A DNA stretch of 63,187 bases, filler included. It is 25 parts of 25 records of this genome, joined end to end, with 100 filler letters (N's around TTAATTAATTAA, not from the genome) between each part and the next. Parts side by side here need not be neighbours in the genome. Positions count along the whole stretch, not along the records: positions 56,757 to 58,794 come from SRR16133337_56473; positions 58,895 to 60,904 come from SRR16133337_56544; positions 61,005 to 63,187 come from SRR16133337_56636; 22 more parts are not named here. One strand, written 5' to 3'. Shown here one piece after another: positions 57,027 through 63,187 of the stretch. Position 1 is the stretch's first letter, and every line of letters begins with the position of its first letter. Both the position numbers and the translations under genes were made by a program. The notes beneath the pieces are model-generated. The model ran no database searches, was not told the DNA's origin, and saw only the letters and a list, made by a program, of their open reading frames with translations.

Positions 57027-58358
57027 CAGGATGAACTGCAAACGCGGATACATTTTGTTTTTTCCATTTTCGTGAGAGAGTTTTAGTGAACATGATCATT
57101 GCAAGCTTGCTGATGCAGTGCGCCTGAATTGCATCATAATCTGCTTTTTGTGGTGGCAGCTGCTTTACATCAAACTTTCGTACTACCATAGTAAAATCAT
57201 ATACATGTCTTTAAAAGGCATGTCACAAAATTGTATTTTCAACAACACACAAACTGAGTGAACGACGGCCGAACAAGAACATAAACAAGTCGCGGCTATG
57301 GCCTACGGCATGGTTCCTTTAAATACAAGCATTCCTCCCCTGAATTATGGCTGTGTTCCATACCTTTTCGAAAAAGTTGTAATTTTTGTCTACATTAGAT
57401 ACCACTAATCCTTTGCCAAGCACACGCAAAATCAATACAATTCATACATTTGTTATTTCTGGATTCAAATAGCGAAATGACTGCCTCCGCCCCCACCAAC
57501 TTCACCCCCACACCTACTCCCTTTATTTACCTTCTTCGTTGCGTTTTGAGGATAAATTGACAACTCTTGAGGGAGCTGAGTCTGCGAGTTTTTTGGCAAG
57601 AAGGCGCGTCAAATAGTAGTGTCTATAGAAAGACAAAAATGACCCAGATTAAAAATAAGTCCAAAAAAACCAAACTCTAGTGACGTCATTGCAAAATTCA
57701 AGAAAGCAAGTGATACTACTGTAAAAAACAATTTTAAAAAATGTAATTGTGACGAAACGCATACACACCCCAGGTAATTTACCGCAAATTGCTCCTCAAT
57801 ACCATTTTCCGTTTCAGAATACGCTGGAGAAACGTTGATTCCTATCACAAATACAAAACATTATTAGGCATGTACAGTTTTGTATGATTATTTTGCAAGT
57901 TTTCCACAAAATATCCTCTTGTTCTAGCAACGTTAAATGGCAGCTTGAAGGAAACCAAAACACGTTTATCCAAAAACATGGGGAGCCATTAAATTTCGTT
58001 AATAAATTATTGTACCGTGCATACCATAATTGGAACAAAAAATGAACGATTTATTTGTCGCTCAATGCTTACACCATTCGCCAAGGCCGAAGCTCGGGGC
58101 GCTTGGGTTTTCTACCTCTTATGATTTCAAAAATATGGATTTCGTATTGGTCACACGGACAATATAAACTTTCGTGATTCTTACCAGCGTTATTGATCAA
58201 ACAATGTAATGGAATCCGCATGGCTAGAAACTTCTGGACAAAACGATCGATCGATGTAAACGAGGATAGATCGAGTCCAATGAAGGAAATTTTGTTGTTG
58301 TTGGACGCTTTTCGAAGCTGTTCCTGCGTGGCGAGTCCTTTTGCACGAGAACGACATC
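57027..58358 (-). CDS. Short-chain dehydrogenase/reductase (retinol dehydrogenase/WWOX-like), four exons: 58358-58185, 57841-57769, 57622-57531, 57182-57027
   Basis: In-phase GT-AG splicing gives CRSRAKG..LDLSSF..LINNAG|INV..ENGIEEQFAVNYLG|HYYLTRLL..APSRVVNLSS..|..AHCISKLAMIMF..AVHP. Confidence 0.88.
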
Positions 58359-60643
58359 CTATCCAAAACAAACATGAACTCAGACGAAAACACCTTTGCA
58401 TTTGAAAAACAAAGTTGTGTTTTTGCTTCGTGTTTTGTACGAAATATACTCGGCAGGTTCTAGTTAGATTTTAAAACATCGAATTGCGAAAAACGCTGAA
58501 ATTGAAACACGCATTACGCCGAACCCTAAACCAAAAATTGATGTTTCTCTCTGTTAATCCTTGACTTTTGCTAGTTGTGTATGTATATTGGAAGCTTTTA
58601 TGATTTGAAGTAAAACTTGTTCCTATTAGAACCAAATGTCAGAATATCGCTTTCACTATTTCAATCATTCATTTTAACAATGCTAACTTATCATTTGCAC
58701 ATGTACATCATTCAATCGATTCAAGCTGGACATTAAAAAAACCTAAGGAGGGTGGAGGTGGGGAAGGGGGTGTTATTTCGCGAACATTGAGTGANNNNNN
58801 NNNNNNNNNNNNNNNNNNNNNNNNNNNNNNNNNNNNNNTTAATTAATTAANNNNNNNNNNNNNNNNNNNNNNNNNNNNNNNNNNNNNNNNNNNNTGGTGG
58901 GTTATTCATTGATATGGTCTGCACTAGCGGATGGTCATGTAAACAATGTAAAAAAGTCGCCTAGAAATTGCTATTTTATAGAGCACCTGCACTTGAAATT
59001 AATTTCAAAAATGGGCATGCAAAAAAAGCACTATTTTCTTGCCAAAACTTGTCTCACACAAACACCCGCGGTCATCTGATCACAAAGAGCAGGCGCATAA
59101 GCAAACCGCCAAAAAACACCTCCAAAGGGATAAGGCGGGAAATTTTGGTTGCCAGTATTCAGTGGTCTTGAAGCTTTTTGTAAATATTCTTCCACCTCGT
59201 GCACTAACCGCCAAAAAAGCCCCAAAATCAGCGTCAGATCGAAAATCCCGTATGTTTGGCAACAAAAACATACAACACATGCATTACAGCACAGCGCAAA
59301 AGAAAGAAAAAGTCGTTTGTCAACCTGCAGAATGAAAAGTCAAGGGGTGGACTTGTGAAAATCAACAGACGTCATTTATGAATTTTGATCCCGAAAATTC
59401 CCACTAAAACTCCGAAACTGGCTAAAAAAGGGATCAGGCCTTGAAAAGGTGTCTGGATTCACCTTTACCGGCATGTTTTGGATCGTTTTCAGCAGGAAAA
59501 ATGCCGAACATCCAGTTGATCAATGAGCACCAAAATTTGAAAACATGACCAAACTAATCCGCAAAAAAGAGAACGATACTAATCACCTTTAAGGTATTTG
59601 GGACGTATTGCCACTGTAAAGTAGTGAAAAGAGATGCGCTGAAAATTAAAAGTAGATGGCATGGGAATCATGGTGCCTTATGCTCTCTGGCGGATCCATG
59701 CCTCAAGCTTCAAGTGCGAGTTTTCGCATGCCTCACCCACTTGAGTGGTTACACGAAATTTCGTTGCACGTATTTTCGTTTACACGTATTTTTGTTTACA
59801 CGTATTGTGAGATTCATTAATAATACATTGAAAACCGAAAAATTCAAAATACGTGGAAGGATGAAAACTTCTAGTTTGGTGTGAACAACAATTTTATCCT
59901 GACAGAGCAAAATCCAACGCCCCAAATACCTCAACAACATCTCTAAAAATGGCGACAAAATGGTCGGATGCCCATTCTTGAATTTAAATAGTACAGAAAT
60001 TAATTCAAGGCAGTCTGCCTAATTACTGAAAAAATCACCCGGGATTTTTGATAAGTAAGCACGTGTTTACACTACTGTAAAAATTAAGATTTAGTGAAAA
60101 ACACTGCCTCAGAGGTGCTCGGTCCGTTGCTCAAGTGGTTGTGGAAGTCAACCACGGAACTTCCCTGAAGGTCCTCTGAGTTAGCTTTAGGTATGAGCTT
60201 CAACCACAGCTGCGACAGCGTGACGCTTCACCTGCTTAGCTCAATAAAGTCGACAAAAGAAGCGTAAAGAGTTGCAAAATGTATAAAAACGTAAAATTGA
60301 GAAACGTAAGAATTTCTCAAAATCATAAAAGTCCGAGGAAAATGCAGCAAAAGTTTTTGTGGTCCAAAAATGTGTGGTCGGGGAGTGGTGTGTGTCGGTA
60401 TTGTGTGTGATGTGCGTGTTTTCTGTGTACGGAGTGAGTGGGTGTAAGGTGCACAACTTTTTACACGAAGATCTGTTAAACATTGTGAAGTTTTCAAATT
60501 CTAAATAATTTTATGAGTAATTTTATGAGTAATTGAATGGGACTTTTTTCAATGCTTTGACTCCTTATTTTCAACTCTCTCTCCACCGTCGCTCCCTCCC
60601 TCTTATCAAACTACTGGCTAATCTTGTTGCATTTTGTTTGTAG

Positions 60644-60904
60644 GCCATAAACTTTGGAACCGGAGAGATGAAATCGACTACGTTGATGAGCTCATGGAAA
60701 GCCAAGATGGTGTGGGCCGCTATGTAATGATTGTTGGCCCAGAAAAAGTGGGAAAAAGCATTCTGATGCAGCGGACGATCGCAAAGTATGCACCTCGCGA
60801 TCATGTGCCCCATGTGGTATGTTTCCGTCAGAGAAAAGGTTGTTACCGTGTTCTACAAGAGAGATATTCAAATCTCGTGGTTTTTGAAATGCTCACGTAC
60901 TTAA
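60644..60904 (+). CDS. P-loop ATPase exon (AAA_16 / STAND-like N-terminus), truncated
   Basis: TTGTAG acceptor, LWNRRDEIDYV followed by VMIVGPEKVGKS Walker A. Confidence 0.65.
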
Positions 60905-61827
60905 NNNNNNNNNNNNNNNNNNNNNNNNNNNNNNNNNNNNNNNNNNNNTTAATTAATTAANNNNNNNNNNNNNNNNNNNNNNNNNNNNNNNNNNNNNNNN
61001 NNNNTGGGGGGTTATTCGTTGATGTGGACTGTATGGTAGTTCGTCTTTGTACAAATGTATTTTTTTTCAATTAACGAGTGGACCAAAAACACATCATGAG
61101 AAACAGCGACGAATAATTGAGGGGGGCTGATGTGAGTCAAATTATGAACAGGCATTTCATGACACTTTTTCGGGTGTGCGTAAAAAAAATGTTTACCCTA
61201 CCCCTCTTCTTTTTTCCAATGTACGTCTACAAGTACCAAACATTTGATTTTCTTAATTTGTTTTGTTCTCAGCTACGAAGAAAATGTTGCGCGGAGCAAC
61301 CTACTCCCAAGAAAAGGGTTGGAAAAATCCTGGTATGATGAATGGGTTCATAGAGTTCCATCACCTCCACAAGAAAAATCGCCCAAATACTCGTGTTATC
61401 CGATCGATTTCCTAACTCAAGATTTAAGTTTACAAGAACCAAAAATTGCGGAGCCAATAACGTGAGTATTTAAAACATCGCCATTTTGTTGAACGAAAAT
61501 TGTATTTTCATGTAAAAAGTGGTTCGGTTCATCAACTTGTTTACAACCAGTACATCTTATCATTACAAATCGCAAAACGATAAAGTTGAGTTCCGAACCG
61601 TAGACCACCAAACTTTTTCGTAGGACACCCAATGTTTTCGAAAGTGTGAGACAACCCAGTGAGTGGAATGTGTGGGGGCTTACGACCAATGAAAGTTAGG
61701 GCGTGAGGGTGTGGGGAGGAGGGGGAACAAAATTTGCAAACACTCTGGGAATTTTATGAGAGACATCACTTAAAATTGTGAAATAACGTTTGTGTGCATG
61801 TATTTTAGAAGCGATTGCGGAGGAGAA

Positions 61828-62634
61828 ATGGGCGCTCCATCGTTTTTTTCCCGCTTTAATCCAGATGAATTTTCTTTGAAAAATGAAAACACTCTCTCAA
61901 CTACCGCCCTCTGCATTGCTATTAACAGAACAATGTTCGACCTGTCATCCTTGTACAGAATTGCACGAACATCGAAAACAATCTTAACTACCGCGTACAA
62001 TCCCTTCAACACACCACCTGTAATTGATGTACCCGGGCAATGGCCACGTTCAGCTGTTTTGCTCAATAAATTGCAAGGGAGGATCTGCTTGAAAAAAGTC
62101 CAAGTGATAAATGTTGACGATCATGACGTGGATAAAATGTGTCTTATGTTGCCAGTGGTGTGTAGAAATCTCTCTTGCTGTGCGCTGTGTGCTTCTACAA
62201 CCAATAGTCGTTATACATGCGCGCAGAAGACAAATTTGAAAATAGTAAACGTGGAAAAAAAGCGATCGTGTTGGAACATTCGGCAGAATGTCTATCTTGC
62301 TGAGTTTGTGGGAATCGTCTCGGAAGCAATCGTTCATGTTCTAAATGATGGAAGTTCGATGAGCGTTAGAAAAGAAGATGTAAAATTTGATCGCAGCACT
62401 CAAAGACATTTGGAGACAATCATGGGCATTTTTCAGAAGGCAAAGCTGCGCGATAGATTGGAAAATCCTCGCTGGAAAAATCTGAGAATTGGCGAATCAG
62501 GTCGTTATGAAGTAGGACAAGTTCGCGTTGGTATTACAAATATGAGAATGTTAGGTATTGTTATTGAAGTGGAGAATACTAAAAGCTCCGTTGTAATCAT
62601 TACAAAAGAGCGTGAAGAGATGTATGTTGTTTGA
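61828..62634 (+). CDS. Hypothetical eukaryotic protein (long open frame)
   Basis: About 270 open codons in AT-rich context, no motif recognised; start uncertain. Confidence 0.55.
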   Translation: MGAPSFFSRFNPDEFSLKNENTLSTTALCIAINRTMFDLSSLYRIARTSKTILTTAYNPFNTPPVIDVPGQWPRSAVLLNKLQGRICLKKVQVINVDDHDVDKMCLMLPVVCRNLSCCALCASTTNSRYTCAQKTNLKIVNVEKKRSCWNIRQNVYLAEFVGIVSEAIVHVLNDGSSMSVRKEDVKFDRSTQRHLETIMGIFQKAKLRDRLENPRWKNLRIGESGRYEVGQVRVGITNMRMLGIVIEVENTKSSVVIITKEREEMYVV

Positions 62635-63187
62635 AAACATAAAATAATTGTTTGAGAAAAAGTTTGAGATTTTCTTTCCTTGATTAATTCTTACCAATGG
62701 GTTGAGGGGGCAAAACTGGTTTTCTGATGTCGTCAGCGTATGGGAGAAATATTAAATTGAATCCAGGAGGTTGGATCTGCGCTCCGACGTCATCAAGTAC
62801 TTCTTCCTATTGGAGAACATTAAAAATTCACAATGAAAGTTTTATAATTATCACTTTTATTTTAAAAAAATGTTCATGTCAAGGAGTATGATCGTGTGGG
62901 CATCTTTATGGGGATTACATTGAATTTTAGGCCGGCTAGTCAAAATTATACCAATGCTCAAAATAAAGCACGAACACGCGTACACAATTAAGTTTCTTTG
63001 TCTCTTTAATATTGAAGTAGTTCAATGAAAACTCGCATTGTGTTCAACAATACCATGCATGCATGTTTATGCCAAAATGGATACATCCACGCACAAACAT
63101 TCTGTGTAAGTAAGTTACACTTTCAAGAAATTAATTTTTTTTAAATGTTTCCTCCAAACCGCGTGTGCATTATTGTATACAAAACAA

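Noticed and set aside
12447-58358. Alternative genetic code in the eukaryotic contigs
   Set aside because: The zinc-finger, SMG1-like and SDR exons translate without internal stops in the standard code; introns explain the short ORFs.
60097-60240. RNase P/MRP, HDV-like ribozyme, U3 or telomerase RNA identity for the structured island
   Set aside because: Only short word-level resemblances; the required helices, spacing or template could not be built.
2466-61004. Recurring TTAATTAATTAA as a biological repeat, and ORFs running into X
   Set aside because: Always centred in a 100-nt N spacer, so it is an assembly linker.

Overview
This window is not one locus. It is 25 short contigs (about 2-4 kb) joined by 24 artificial 100-nt spacers (N-run, TTAATTAATTAA, N-run). 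Seven contigs (about 17 kb: 1-2465, 19800-22608, 22709-24908, 25009-27604, 29829-32388, 36934-39386, 44041-46154) come from a Flavobacteriaceae-like bacterium. They carry housekeeping genes: trpF, trpB, a HAD hydrolase, map, a methyltransferase, mnmD, SCO, ccoS-ccoNO-ccoQ, glyQS, folD, DUF3108, an M23 peptidase and heme A synthase. The remaining contigs look eukaryotic, with GT-AG introns. They include a C2H2 zinc-finger exon, SMG1-like exons, a spliced SDR oxidoreductase, a stand-alone retropepsin, a P-loop ATPase exon, an uninterrupted LINE ORF and an uninterrupted Ty3/Gypsy pol. Two Illumina adapter remnants are present. The strongest unannotated signal is a TA-ended MITE family (terminus TATACTCCRYCC..TTAGAAACCC) in all seven bacterial contigs. 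It explains most bacterial contig breaks, clusters at gene 3' ends, and supplies the C-terminus and stop codon of the M23 gene, trpF and probably trpB. On the eukaryotic side there is a repeated TGCAGG-N38-55-CCTGCA hairpin family, a TA-flanked MITE, two GC-rich structured islands and an SDR with His in place of the catalytic Tyr. No CRISPR array, rRNA or tRNA was seen. All calls are by eye, with no database search.
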